Shown here: one piece after another, positions 25,436 through 34,331 of the stretch
Layout of the letters: each line of letters begins with the position of its first letter
Numbering within the stretch: the first letter of the stretch is position 1
Origin: an uncultured Eubacteriales bacterium
GTDB taxonomy: Bacteria; Acidobacteriota; Aminicenantia; Aminicenantales; UBA8522
NCBI GenBank assembly: GCA_964576265.1
Contig: CAZNVB010000150.1
Span: 1 to 58,599 of the forward strand
Length of the DNA: 58,599 nt
Reading direction: 5' to 3'
Position numbers and translations under genes: made by a program
Notes under the pieces: model-generated
Told to the model about the DNA's origin: nothing
Databases searched by the model: none
Seen by the model: the letters and a program-made list of their open reading frames with translations, nothing else

Positions 25436-26506
25436 TTAAACTTCCAATCCTCGAAGAAGCTCATCCAGGTGCACTTCTTCACGGCGCCGGGCCGATTCAT
25501 AAAGCGCCATGATCAGGTGGAGCGAGCGGCGTCCTTCGAGGCCGTCGCAGATCAATTCCTCCTCGCCCCGGACGGCGGCGATAAAATTGGCGATCTGCTT
25601 GATATGACCCTCGACCGGAAAAACCGTGGCTGACGAAGCGGCCGTGCTGGCTTTTCCCTCGACGCCGCTGACCGTCTCTTTGGCCAGCGTTTCCTTCGAG
25701 TCCGAAACCGCCCAGCTCGTGATCGTGTCTTCGACCAGCACGGCGCTGCCGTGCGTCCCGTTGAACTCGAAAATATTTCCCTGGCCCGGATTGGTGGCTG
25801 TTGATGTCTGAAGGCGTCCGTAAGCGCCGTTCTTGTACTTGAGGAGAGCGAGAGCTACGTCCTCGACTTCGATCCGGATGTGGGCCACCGTGTCCATCCA
25901 GGCGTAGATCTTTTCCACATCGCCCATCATGTAGAGAAGAAGGTCGATCCCGTGCGTGCCCTGGGTCATCGTCGCGCCGCCTCCTTCTTTGTCCCAGGTT
26001 CCGCGCCAGTCGGCGCTGTCATAATAAGCCTGATTCCGCCAGTATTTAATCGAAGCGTCGCCGAAGACCATCCGTCCGAAAACGCCGTCGGCGATCGCTT
26101 TCTTGATCCGCAGGGGCGCTTCCTCAGTCCTCTTCTGGAAGATCACGGCCAGCTTGACCTTGCGGTCTCGGGCGGCGACGATCATCCGGGTGGCGTCTCG
26201 AAGGTTGATGGCCATGCTCTTTTCGACGATGACGTGTTTTCCGGCGTCGATAGCGGCCAGGGCATGTTCGGCGTGGAGAAAGGTCGGCGAGCAGACGCAG
26301 ACGGCGTCGATATCCGGCCGGCGGAGCATGGCGTCGAGATCGGTCATCGCCTCGCCGCCGTGCTCGGCGACAAAGCGATCCGCCGCCGCCCGGTTGATAT
26401 CCGCTACCGCGACGATTTCGCCGTCCGGATGGGCGCGAATAGCCTTGGCGTGATAATCGCTGATCACTCCGGCTCCGATAATGCCAAAACGGAACTTTTC
26501 TCCCAT
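25436..26506 (-). CDS. Gfo/Idh/MocA-family NAD(P)-dependent oxidoreductase
   Basis: Rossmann N-terminus FRFGIIGAGVISDYHAKAIRAHPDGEIVAVADIN, then EKSMAINLRDA (EKP-like motif). The length and the C-terminal alpha/beta domain are typical. GGAGGAAGAC lies upstream of the ATG. Confidence 0.9.
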   Translation of the reverse strand: MGEKFRFGIIGAGVISDYHAKAIRAHPDGEIVAVADINRAAADRFVAEHGGEAMTDLDAMLRRPDIDAVCVCSPTFLHAEHALAAIDAGKHVIVEKSMAINLRDATRMIVAARDRKVKLAVIFQKRTEEAPLRIKKAIADGVFGRMVFGDASIKYWRNQAYYDSADWRGTWDKEGGGATMTQGTHGIDLLLYMMGDVEKIYAWMDTVAHIRIEVEDVALALLKYKNGAYGRLQTSTATNPGQGNIFEFNGTHGSAVLVEDTITSWAVSDSKETLAKETVSGVEGKASTAASSATVFPVEGHIKQIANFIAAVRGEEELICDGLEGRRSLHLIMALYESARRREEVHLDELLRGLEV

Positions 26507-26543
26507 GTCTTCCTCCGGATAATCAAGGAATGTCCATTCAATT

Positions 26544-26572
26544 TATATACAGTTATTATCCATGTGTCACAA
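26544..26572 (-). promoter_or_regulatory. Promoter candidate TTGTGA-17 nt-TATATA between the DegT-like and Gfo-like genes
   Basis: Minus strand: TTGTGAcacatggataataactgTATATA. The palindrome GAATGTCCATTC (26528-26539) lies just downstream. Confidence 0.3.
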
Positions 26573-26619
26573 CAGCTCTCTCAGACCTTGAGCCGATTTG
26601 AAGCTCCCTTCCGCTTGCT

Positions 26620-27897
26620 TCACAGGGTTGCCGTTTTTCGCGCCTGCCTCAGGACGGCCGATCCCATGAACGCGTCGGCCTCGACTTTGACGGCGAGGAG
26701 CTCTCCGGCGTGGCGGCGGAGTTTTCGAACGGCACCGGCGATCTGGCTCACCCGCTCCGTGTCGGCGAGGAGCAGATTCTGCTCGAGGAAGAAAACTTCC
26801 CGGCACAGCCGCTCGGTCACCGGGCAGGGCAGATGCCTCATCCCGAGCTTGCGGTTTGACTTATAGACAGGCTGTTCGTAAAGCGGCATCGGATAGAAGG
26901 AGCTCGCCGGAACGCCTTCAGCGTTGAGGGCGGCCAGGAATTGAGCCCGGCTCGCTCCGCCGAAATTCTCGCTATCGAACCGAATCAAGAAAAGGTGGTG
27001 TCCGTGGCGGGTGCAGTAGGGCTCGTAACGAAAGGGTTCAATCCCTTCGATTCCCTCAAGCTCTCTCAAGAGCAATTTGGCGTTGGCCAGCCGTTTTTCC
27101 GTCTGCTCTTCCAGCCGCTCGAGCTGGCCGAGGACGATAGCCGCCTGGATTTCGGTATAACAGGCGTTCCAGCCGAAATTGTAGTGAATGTGCCCGGCGT
27201 ATCTTTCCCGGATGCCGCGGCCGAACTTGCCGAGCGAATAGTGGATTCGGTCGATGAACTCGGCGTCGTCCGAGGTGATGAACCCGCCCTCGCCGCTCTG
27301 CAAGTTTTTAGACTGCTGGAAACTGAAGGACCCGGCGTCGCCGAGCGACCCGGCCATCCGGCCCTTATATTTTGCGCCGTGCGCCTGGGCGGCGTCCTCG
27401 AGGACCTTGATCCCGCGGCGGCGGGCGATGTCCATAATCGGGTCCATGTCGGCCGGGTGACCGCCGATGTGGACCGGGATGACGGCTTTTGTCCGTTCGC
27501 TGATCGCCTCCTCGAACCGGTCCGGATCAAGGTTGGCCGTCCGTGGATCGAGGTCCGCATAGACGACCGTGGCTCCCTGATGATGGGCGGCGATCGCCGT
27601 GGCCATGAATGTGGCTGCCGGGACGACGACTTCGTCGCCGGGACCGACGCCCCAGGCTTCAAGGCAGAGTTCCATCGAGACGGTCCCGTTGGCCACCGCG
27701 GCTCCATATTTTGCCCCGCAGTAGGCGGCAAATTTCGCATTGAGCTCCGTGATTTTCGGGCCGAGTCCTGTTCCTCCCCAGACCGTGCTGGCGAAGACCT
27801 CTTCGAGATGACGCCGTTCCGGTTCGCCGAGGACGGGCCACCTCGGCCAGGAGCCGGCAAGCGTCGGTTTTCCGCCGAAAATAGCTAATTCACTCAT
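26620..27897 (-). CDS. DegT/DnrJ/EryC1/StrS-family PLP-dependent aminotransferase
   Basis: MSELAIFGGKPT...LEEVFASTVWGG...ELNAKFAAYCGAKYGAAVANGTVSMELCLEAWGVGPGDEVVVPAATFMATA...SFQQSKNLQSGEGGFI, which includes the Lys-containing SxxxxK region. This is typical of the sugar/aminocyclitol aminotransferase family. Confidence 0.9.
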   Translation of the reverse strand: MSELAIFGGKPTLAGSWPRWPVLGEPERRHLEEVFASTVWGGTGLGPKITELNAKFAAYCGAKYGAAVANGTVSMELCLEAWGVGPGDEVVVPAATFMATAIAAHHQGATVVYADLDPRTANLDPDRFEEAISERTKAVIPVHIGGHPADMDPIMDIARRRGIKVLEDAAQAHGAKYKGRMAGSLGDAGSFSFQQSKNLQSGEGGFITSDDAEFIDRIHYSLGKFGRGIRERYAGHIHYNFGWNACYTEIQAAIVLGQLERLEEQTEKRLANAKLLLRELEGIEGIEPFRYEPYCTRHGHHLFLIRFDSENFGGASRAQFLAALNAEGVPASSFYPMPLYEQPVYKSNRKLGMRHLPCPVTERLCREVFFLEQNLLLADTERVSQIAGAVRKLRRHAGELLAVKVEADAFMGSAVLRQARKTATL

Positions 27898-27924
27898 CGT
27901 CTCATCTCCGTTTTGTTTCGAGTC

Positions 27925-27937
27925 ATGGACAGTCCAT
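27925..27937. promoter_or_regulatory. Perfect 13-bp palindrome ATGGAC-a-GTCCAT upstream of the DegT-like gene
   Basis: Read directly. It lies 28 nt upstream of ATG 27897. A related half-site is present in GAATGTCCATTC at 26528-26539. Confidence 0.3.
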
Positions 27938-27939
27938 TA

Positions 27940-27979
27940 TTTTTTCTTTTTTTTCTCTTCTCTTCTCTCTCTCTCTCTT
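27940..27979. repeat. 40-nt pure polypyrimidine tract (plus strand) ending in a (TC)7 dinucleotide repeat
   Basis: tttttcttttttttctcttctcttctctctctctctctt. The (TC)7T run is at 27964-27978. The tract is intergenic, between the AKR stop (28044) and the DegT-like start (27897). Confidence 0.9.
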
Positions 27980-28043
27980 AGCCAGTGTTTGCCTCTAACA
28001 TTGGGCGAATGATGGATGCGATCACTGTTTTAGGTCATCCTCG

Positions 28044-29018
28044 TTATTTCACCGTGCCGGTCGCGTCCTTGATTTTTGCCGGTGGTCCGAAATCGAGCGT
28101 CCGGCGAATCGTGAAGTAATCCGGCCGCTCGACGGTTTTTCCCAGCGCCCCGGCCGCTTCCCGCACCTGGTCTTCCGTCTTGACGCCGATGACGGCGCAG
28201 TGGATCGCCGGATGGGTGAGTGTCGCCGCCAGAACGAGCTGATAGATGCTTAAGCCGTAATGCGCGGCCAGAGGCGCCAGGCGGCCGACCGCCTCGGCGA
28301 TCATCCGAAAGCGTTCGCCCTGAAAGTCCGGATGATGACGGCGGAAATCATGGAATGTTTCCGTGCCCTTGTATTTTCCGCTGAGCAGGCCCTTGTGGAG
28401 CGGAGAGTAGATCATCACACCGATCCCGTTCGCCAGGCAGAAGGGGAAAAGGGATTGCTCCGCTTCGAGGTCGATCAAGCTATAGGGAGGCTGGAGAACG
28501 CTGAAATTCCCCGCCGCCACGGCGGCGCGCAGCTCTTCGATCCGGAAATTGCTCACGCCGTAATGCCGGATCTTGCCCTGCTCTTTGAGGTCCTCCATCG
28601 TCTCGGCCACGACGTCGAGCGGCGTCAGCTGATCGTAGAAGTGAAGAAGATAGAGGTCGATGTAGTCCGTCTGAAGGCGTTTGAGCGAAGACTCGCAGCG
28701 TTCCCGGATGTGAGCGGGCGAAAGATCGGGATAGCGCGTCCCGTCCGGGCTGAAGTGGTTGAAGACCTTGGTGGCGATGATGACCTTATCGCGGGGGACG
28801 GGCTTGAGGGTTTCGCCGAGGACGCTTTCGGCCAGACCGTCGCCGTAGGCGTCGGCCGTATCGAAGAAATTGATGCCGAGGTCGAGGGCCGCGCGGATGG
28901 CCCGAGCGACATCGGCTCTCGGCACCTCGCCCCAGAACCGCGGGCTGAGCTGCCAGGTGCCGAAAGCGATCCGCGAAACCTCCAGACCCGACTTGCCGAG
29001 GATGACGGTCGTCTTCAT
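28044..29018 (-). CDS. Aldo/keto reductase (cytoplasmic, AKR11/YhdN-like)
   Basis: LGKSGLEVSRIAFGTWQL...GINFFDTADAYGDGLAESVLGE...ATKV...DYIDLYLLH...IRHYGVSNF. The canonical AKR D-Y-K-H context and length are present. Confidence 0.9.
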   Translation of the reverse strand: MKTTVILGKSGLEVSRIAFGTWQLSPRFWGEVPRADVARAIRAALDLGINFFDTADAYGDGLAESVLGETLKPVPRDKVIIATKVFNHFSPDGTRYPDLSPAHIRERCESSLKRLQTDYIDLYLLHFYDQLTPLDVVAETMEDLKEQGKIRHYGVSNFRIEELRAAVAAGNFSVLQPPYSLIDLEAEQSLFPFCLANGIGVMIYSPLHKGLLSGKYKGTETFHDFRRHHPDFQGERFRMIAEAVGRLAPLAAHYGLSIYQLVLAATLTHPAIHCAVIGVKTEDQVREAAGALGKTVERPDYFTIRRTLDFGPPAKIKDATGTVK

Positions 29019-29195
29019 GGTGAGCGTCCTTTTCGACTTCGAGAGAAAATATTATATATCAATCGCTCGCGTTTATTTATCCTCCGGTGTTGTTGTTCCG
29101 CCTTTTTTTAAGCTCTCCTCGCCGGGTGTTCATCGGAGCGAGCGGGGGTCGGGTTGAAATCGTTGCGGCCGTTCGCCGCGATGCGGACGGAGCGC

Positions 29196-29645
29196 TCAGA
29201 CAAGGACTTTGACCACGGCTTTTTTGACCGGTGCCGGGGAAACGACGGCCACTCCGGGCAGGTGGGCGTCTTGGGGGGCGAGCAGCATGAACATCCCGGC
29301 GCGCACGGTCAGGAAATCTCCGGCCGCTTCGAGAATCTCCTGAAAATCCTTGGCCTCGTCGTAAGCCCCGAGTCGGCAGGCGTCGAGCGGGGCATAGCCG
29401 ATCCACTCGGTGCCGGAGATCAAGTATTGAATATCGATATACCGCTTGTGGGCTTCCCATTTCCCCTGGGCTTTCGGCTTGGTCTCGTACTCCGAGATCA
29501 CGGCAAAAAGATTCGTTCCGTCAAGCTCATGGCGGCCGGCCGAAAGCTTGGACAGGTCCTGACTCTGCAGCCAGCGCAGGCCGGCCGAGATCCGCTCGCG
29601 CACCCCGAAATACAGGGCGGCGTTTTTTAGGTGGTCAATGATCAT
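29196..29645 (-). CDS. YhcH/YjgK/YiaL-family (DUF386, EbgC-like) protein
   Basis: 149 aa. MIIDHLKNAALYFGVRERISAGLRWLQ...GRHELDGTNLFAVISEYETKP...WEAHKRYIDIQYLISGTE...FMLLAPQDAHLPG matches the family pattern from memory. AAGGAGAAG SD. Confidence 0.8.
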   Translation of the reverse strand: MIIDHLKNAALYFGVRERISAGLRWLQSQDLSKLSAGRHELDGTNLFAVISEYETKPKAQGKWEAHKRYIDIQYLISGTEWIGYAPLDACRLGAYDEAKDFQEILEAAGDFLTVRAGMFMLLAPQDAHLPGVAVVSPAPVKKAVVKVLV

Positions 29646-29877
29646 TCATCTTCTCCTTGTCATTGGCTTATCTTTTCTCGGTCGCTCTTCCGCTAAGGAT
29701 CTCTCCATTTCTTTCTTAGTTTATCAAACTTCAGTCCGAATGTTGAGTCCCTTTTCGTCATCGTTGCACCCGTTGGAATTCTTGTGCTATAAGTGCCGGG
29801 GAAGATCTTTCTCCGATATTGAGCAGGAGTTTCTCTTTTTTCTGCTCCGTGCCGATTTGAGACCAAGCGAGGAAAAC

Positions 29878-31092
29878 ATGAATCGCTTCCGGAAGTTCCT
29901 TCTTGTCTTCATCCTTTTCCTGAAACTTTTTTCTTTTTCATCTGAAGAACGGCTCGAGCGGCCGGAACCGAAGACGGCCGCCGACCTCGTCCCCGCGGAA
30001 ACGGCTCGGCGGCTTCTTGACTGGCTCGAGGACATCAATTCCTGGATCCTGACTCTCGAGCCGGGAAGCCAAATCCTGAAAAAAACGGAGGACACGGCCG
30101 ATTCGATTTTCATCAACGGCAACTTTGCCCGGCTCCTCGCCGCGTCCTTCCGGATTACCGGAAACGAGGCCTATCTTCGGGAGGCCCTGCGCTGGGCGGA
30201 TTCCTTTTACCATCATCAGCGGCTGGCCATGACTTCCAAGCTTGAGGAAGCCAGCTACTGGGTCGACCTGAGCCGCAATCCCTATGGCAATATCTATTTC
30301 GGCGACGGGGGGACTGCCGCCTCCGCTTTGGCGATGCTTCTGAGCTACGCGGAGCCGGAAAAGAAGGCCCTATATCTCCGAACCCTGGAACGCTACGCCC
30401 GGTTTGTCGTCGACGGCTGCCGTGTCGATCCCCAGGGGCTCGGCCGAGAACCGTCTCCCGGCTGGCTGATTCCGCAAGGAGAAGACCGGGGCGCTCTCGG
30501 CTGCGGGTACTACGAAGGCCACCTCAGCCTGAAACCCTACACGATTTCCACCGCCACGACCGGAGGAGGATTTTTTTCAGCCCTTTATGCTCTAACCGGG
30601 AAGGCGGAATACGGGGACATCGCCGCCGGAGCCGTGGCCTGGCTTCTGAAAATCAGGAAGCCCGACGGAGAGATCCCTTATCTTCTCGACGGCGAGGTCT
30701 CGGCCGATTGGCCGCTGGACACGCTGACCTATTGCACGGAAGCGTTCGTTCCCGCCGACCTCTATCTCAAGGACAAAAAAACTCGGGAGATGTTGCGGCG
30801 GGAAATAAAGCCGACGATCGAGTGGCTTCTGGCGAGACAGAAGGCCGACGGCTCATGGGGCGAGATGCGCAGCGCCGACCAGCAGCGGAGTCCGAGGGCT
30901 GTTTCGCTCCTGGCCTGGTATTACCGAAGCGTCCAACCTGATCCGAAGATTCAGGCTGCCGTAAGGCGGTACGTCGCTTTCCTCCTCGACCCGGAGAGAG
31001 CGCGCGACTACGGCATCAAAACGCTCGTCCGAACGACCGGGTTCGCCGGCCTGACCGTCGCCGAAATTCTTCTCCCCGGTTCCACTTATTGA
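29878..31092 (+). CDS. Secreted prenyltransferase/terpene-cyclase-like alpha/alpha-toroid repeat protein
   Basis: The track ORF starts at 29638 and overlaps the divergent gene. In-frame ATG 29878 gives the signal peptide MNRFRKFLLVFILFLKLFSFSS. It has repeats of the type IRKPDGEIPY and ARQKADGSWGE, like those of the squalene-cyclase/prenyltransferase fold. Confidence 0.65.
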   Translation: MNRFRKFLLVFILFLKLFSFSSEERLERPEPKTAADLVPAETARRLLDWLEDINSWILTLEPGSQILKKTEDTADSIFINGNFARLLAASFRITGNEAYLREALRWADSFYHHQRLAMTSKLEEASYWVDLSRNPYGNIYFGDGGTAASALAMLLSYAEPEKKALYLRTLERYARFVVDGCRVDPQGLGREPSPGWLIPQGEDRGALGCGYYEGHLSLKPYTISTATTGGGFFSALYALTGKAEYGDIAAGAVAWLLKIRKPDGEIPYLLDGEVSADWPLDTLTYCTEAFVPADLYLKDKKTREMLRREIKPTIEWLLARQKADGSWGEMRSADQQRSPRAVSLLAWYYRSVQPDPKIQAAVRRYVAFLLDPERARDYGIKTLVRTTGFAGLTVAEILLPGSTY

Positions 31093-34000
31093 TCGTCCTG
31101 ATCGAGGACCCGGTCTAAAAACTCGTAAGCCTGCATCCGAATCTCGGGAGGAAAATGGTGACCGGCATCCGGGTGGACGGCGACGATTCCTCCCTTGGCG
31201 CTCAAGAGCTCGTAGACCGGCTCGGCCGCCCGAACGCAGTCCCGAACTCCCGAGACCTCAAAATTCTCATCCTGGAGCGGGGCGTTGATGAACACCGGCC
31301 TCGGCGCCAGGGCGGCCAGGAGTTCGGTGAAATCGAAGGGTATTTGATTCGGGTCCTTTCCGTAGATCGAGGCGATCTTGGGCATGTAGCCTTGGTGACT
31401 CCAGCCCGTCAGATCTCCGCCGTAGTATTTCCGGAACGAATTGAACCCGCAGCTTGTCACCACGGCCTTCAACCTCGGGTCGAAAAGAGCGGCGAAGATC
31501 GCGTTGTGGCCGCCGAGCGAATGGCCGACGACGGCGATCCGCTCGACGTCAACCTCAGGAAGCGAAGCCAGAACATCCACGGCTCGGGTATGGTTCCGGA
31601 TGCCTTTCATGGTTGCGCTTTCGTAGCCCAGCGCATAGGGATCCGAGACGTCCTCTCCGAACCCCGGATAGTCGGGCGCGAGCGTGACGTAGCCGCGGCG
31701 GGCGAGCTCGAGGGCATAAAAAAGATCCGGGCTTCCGGAGATTCCGGCCGGTTCATCCTTGCCTTGCCGTGTTGTCTGGTGGAGGCACAGGGCGGCGGGA
31801 GCCCGGCCGGGGAGATTTTTGGGGATAAAAAGAAAAGCCCGGACGAAGCTTCCCGGTTCGGCCGCGAAGGAGATCTTTTTGCGGACGATCCCCCCGAGAT
31901 CTTCTTCTTCCAGAACCTTCACGTCGAGCGGAATATCTTTTCCGGCAGCCGGAAAAGGTCCGGCCACCTTCTGCAAATTGAGGAGGATGTGGTGGCGGCG
32001 GATTTCCCAGTCGTTCGAGGTCTGAACTCGACGCTCGACTCCGTCTTCATCCTTGTAAGATAAGAGGTTCGATTTATCGGCGTAAAAGGGCGCGGCGGCG
32101 ATTGTTTCTTTTGTCCCGGAACCGAGCTCTTTTCCCAGCCTTTCCAGTGCCGGCGCCGCATAGCTTGCCTCCAGGGCGTCCGGAGCATTGGCGTGACTCG
32201 ACGAGAATTTCGTCGACAGAGTGTCGGATTGAAGAAGAAGCGCGAGATCCCGGGCCGTCCAGAGCGCCGCTCGGGCCGCGCCCTTCCGTCCCGAGGCGAA
32301 ATGGAACGTTGTCCGGCAGAGGGCGTCGTAAAAAAAGACGGTTCGTTCGGCGTAGCGGAAGACGCGCTCGTCCTCGACGATCCTTCGCCAAACGTCTTTG
32401 GGCGCCTCCAGCTTCGCGGCCTGATCGATCAGGCGGCGGCACCGTCTCGCCGACTCCAGGATTTCCACGAGGTCAGGCCCGTCATCGGCGGAAAAAGCGG
32501 TTTTTTCATATTGAAGATGACGATCGGGGAAAAGATCCGCCTCGCCCCTTCCGAGCCTCCGGCCGAGATTGTATTTGAGTTCGGAGACATTGGAGAGCAT
32601 CGCCTCGAGGCTTTCATAAAACTCGCGCATCAGCCGGTGAGCCGGGCCGTAGCGCCCTTCGAAATAATCCTGCCACAGCCTTTCGGCGTCGAGGTCGGGA
32701 TCCCAGAGCATACGCGCCATCTGCCAGTTCGTCAGGGCCTTACTCCCCCAGCGGTCGGTCGTGACGTGCATGTAGTGAAAGTGACGGGCGCCGGCTTTAT
32801 AATAATAAGGAATGTCGCGGGCCATCGTGTGCATGAAACAGACGGGCAGGCACTTGTAGCCGGAGACATTGTAGTATTCGCCGATGCAGACCTGGCCGCG
32901 ATAATAGCGCTCGGGCTTGAGAAACCAGCCTTCCAGGTGCTTGAGGTATTCGCCGTTCACCGAACAGCGGCGATCATCGAATTCATGGACATAGCAGCGC
33001 TTGATCGGGAAATAGGTGGCGATGCACATGTCGTAGTCGAAATCGGCGGGCAAAGGCCGGGTCGGAGGCTCGAGGACATCGGCATAAGCGAGGAAGAGAA
33101 GCCGCACCGGTCGGTTGATGAGGCGTTCAGCCTGCGCTTTCTTGATCGCCTTGGCGTAGGCGTGGACGAAGAGAATGTTGCGGTCGGTGGGGGTGCCCAG
33201 AGCGAGGCAGTTTTCACACTCGCACCAGTTGCCGACGTCGAGCGTCCAGGCGTTGATGAAGGTCGCGTCCTTGTAGCGGCCGTGGGCCAGGTCGGCCACG
33301 GCATTTTTCATCCACTCCGCCATGGCCTCGGCATTCGACGTACAGAAGTTGTCGCCGAAATCGCCCTCGATCCGGGAACTCCGCTTGCCCTTGATCAGGC
33401 CGTACCATTCCGGGTGAGCCTCGAAATAGGTGAGCGTTCCGTTCCCGTCGGTGTCTCCCCGATAGTCGGGCGAAACAGGATAGGGATCAGCGGGCTTCGC
33501 CTCATCACCCTCGAATTGAGTATGATTATAGGGATACTCGAGATTCGGACCGAGGTAGAGCGAGGTCAGGACGTGAGCGCCGCCGGCGAGCTGGATCCCG
33601 AGCTTGTGGAGAAACGGCTTGTCCGACTGCTCGACGCACCAGTAGTTCAGGCGGTTGCGGGCCATCCAGAGGAGGAATTCGCGGTCGGCCCGGTCCTCCC
33701 AGGCGTGAAAACCCCGGGTCAGAAAACGGGGCTTTTCCACAATGTCGAAATCTGCGGCCAGCGGATCGGACACTTGACGCAGAAAGACTTCATGGCCAGG
33801 GCCGGGGGCGTACCAACGGACTCCGAGGCGGTGGAGGAAATCGTAGGCTCCGTAGAGAAGGCCGACCCGGCCGGGAGCGGCGATGATCAGACTCGGGTGT
33901 TCGGAAACCGCGACCGACTTAATGAGATAGCCTTCAGGACCGAGGTCATCCGTCAGATTCGCCATCCTCCGGAGTCTGGCCAAAAAACCCTGCTCGAGCT

Positions 34001-34331
34001 CTTCGAAGGTGACCAGGAAGATCGCGCCTTGATCGGGAATGGAACTGAGCTCTTTGGGACTGATGATGACGAAATCTTCAGGCCGGCCCGTCATTTTCCG
34101 CAGATAACGCTGCAGTTCGACGGCGGCAAAGGAGGCCGTGCAGATTGTATCGTCGCCCGGTTCGCCGTCGGTCCAGTTGACGTTTTTCTCGTCGCAAGCC
34201 GCTTTCTCGGCCGAAGGATATCGGCCGTAGTTGACGACGATCACGGCGGCCTCCAAAGCCGCCGTTTCGAGAACAAGGATCAAGAAGAAGAAAAGAAAGC
34301 CGAGTGATTTCTTTTGACATTCTCTTTTCAT
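31086..34331 (-). CDS. Large secreted fusion: DUF4838-like glycosidase-like N-terminal region + C-terminal alpha/beta-hydrolase (esterase) domain
   Basis: 1081 aa with a signal peptide. The N-terminal part has CTASFAAVELQRYLRKMTGR, RWYAPGPGHE, FLTRGFHAWEDRA and the Cys cluster WCECENC, as I remember for DUF4838 proteins. The C-terminal ~290 aa (about 31086-31960) has LARRGYVTLAPDYPGFGE and the nucleophile elbow GHSLGGH. Confidence 0.6.
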   Translation of the reverse strand: MKRECQKKSLGFLFFFLILVLETAALEAAVIVVNYGRYPSAEKAACDEKNVNWTDGEPGDDTICTASFAAVELQRYLRKMTGRPEDFVIISPKELSSIPDQGAIFLVTFEELEQGFLARLRRMANLTDDLGPEGYLIKSVAVSEHPSLIIAAPGRVGLLYGAYDFLHRLGVRWYAPGPGHEVFLRQVSDPLAADFDIVEKPRFLTRGFHAWEDRADREFLLWMARNRLNYWCVEQSDKPFLHKLGIQLAGGAHVLTSLYLGPNLEYPYNHTQFEGDEAKPADPYPVSPDYRGDTDGNGTLTYFEAHPEWYGLIKGKRSSRIEGDFGDNFCTSNAEAMAEWMKNAVADLAHGRYKDATFINAWTLDVGNWCECENCLALGTPTDRNILFVHAYAKAIKKAQAERLINRPVRLLFLAYADVLEPPTRPLPADFDYDMCIATYFPIKRCYVHEFDDRRCSVNGEYLKHLEGWFLKPERYYRGQVCIGEYYNVSGYKCLPVCFMHTMARDIPYYYKAGARHFHYMHVTTDRWGSKALTNWQMARMLWDPDLDAERLWQDYFEGRYGPAHRLMREFYESLEAMLSNVSELKYNLGRRLGRGEADLFPDRHLQYEKTAFSADDGPDLVEILESARRCRRLIDQAAKLEAPKDVWRRIVEDERVFRYAERTVFFYDALCRTTFHFASGRKGAARAALWTARDLALLLQSDTLSTKFSSSHANAPDALEASYAAPALERLGKELGSGTKETIAAAPFYADKSNLLSYKDEDGVERRVQTSNDWEIRRHHILLNLQKVAGPFPAAGKDIPLDVKVLEEEDLGGIVRKKISFAAEPGSFVRAFLFIPKNLPGRAPAALCLHQTTRQGKDEPAGISGSPDLFYALELARRGYVTLAPDYPGFGEDVSDPYALGYESATMKGIRNHTRAVDVLASLPEVDVERIAVVGHSLGGHNAIFAALFDPRLKAVVTSCGFNSFRKYYGGDLTGWSHQGYMPKIASIYGKDPNQIPFDFTELLAALAPRPVFINAPLQDENFEVSGVRDCVRAAEPVYELLSAKGGIVAVHPDAGHHFPPEIRMQAYEFLDRVLDQDDQ

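Noticed and set aside
29638-29877. N-terminal extensions of track ORFs: 29638..29877 for the toroid protein, 37850..38152 for the HGSNAT-like gene, 35042..35539 for the small Cys-rich gene, 13362..13409 for M14, and 51964..51999 for the esterase-propeller gene.
   Set aside because: The extensions overlap neighbouring genes or promoter regions, lack an SD and have non-protein-like composition. Internal starts have an SD and yield proper signal peptides or family N-termini.
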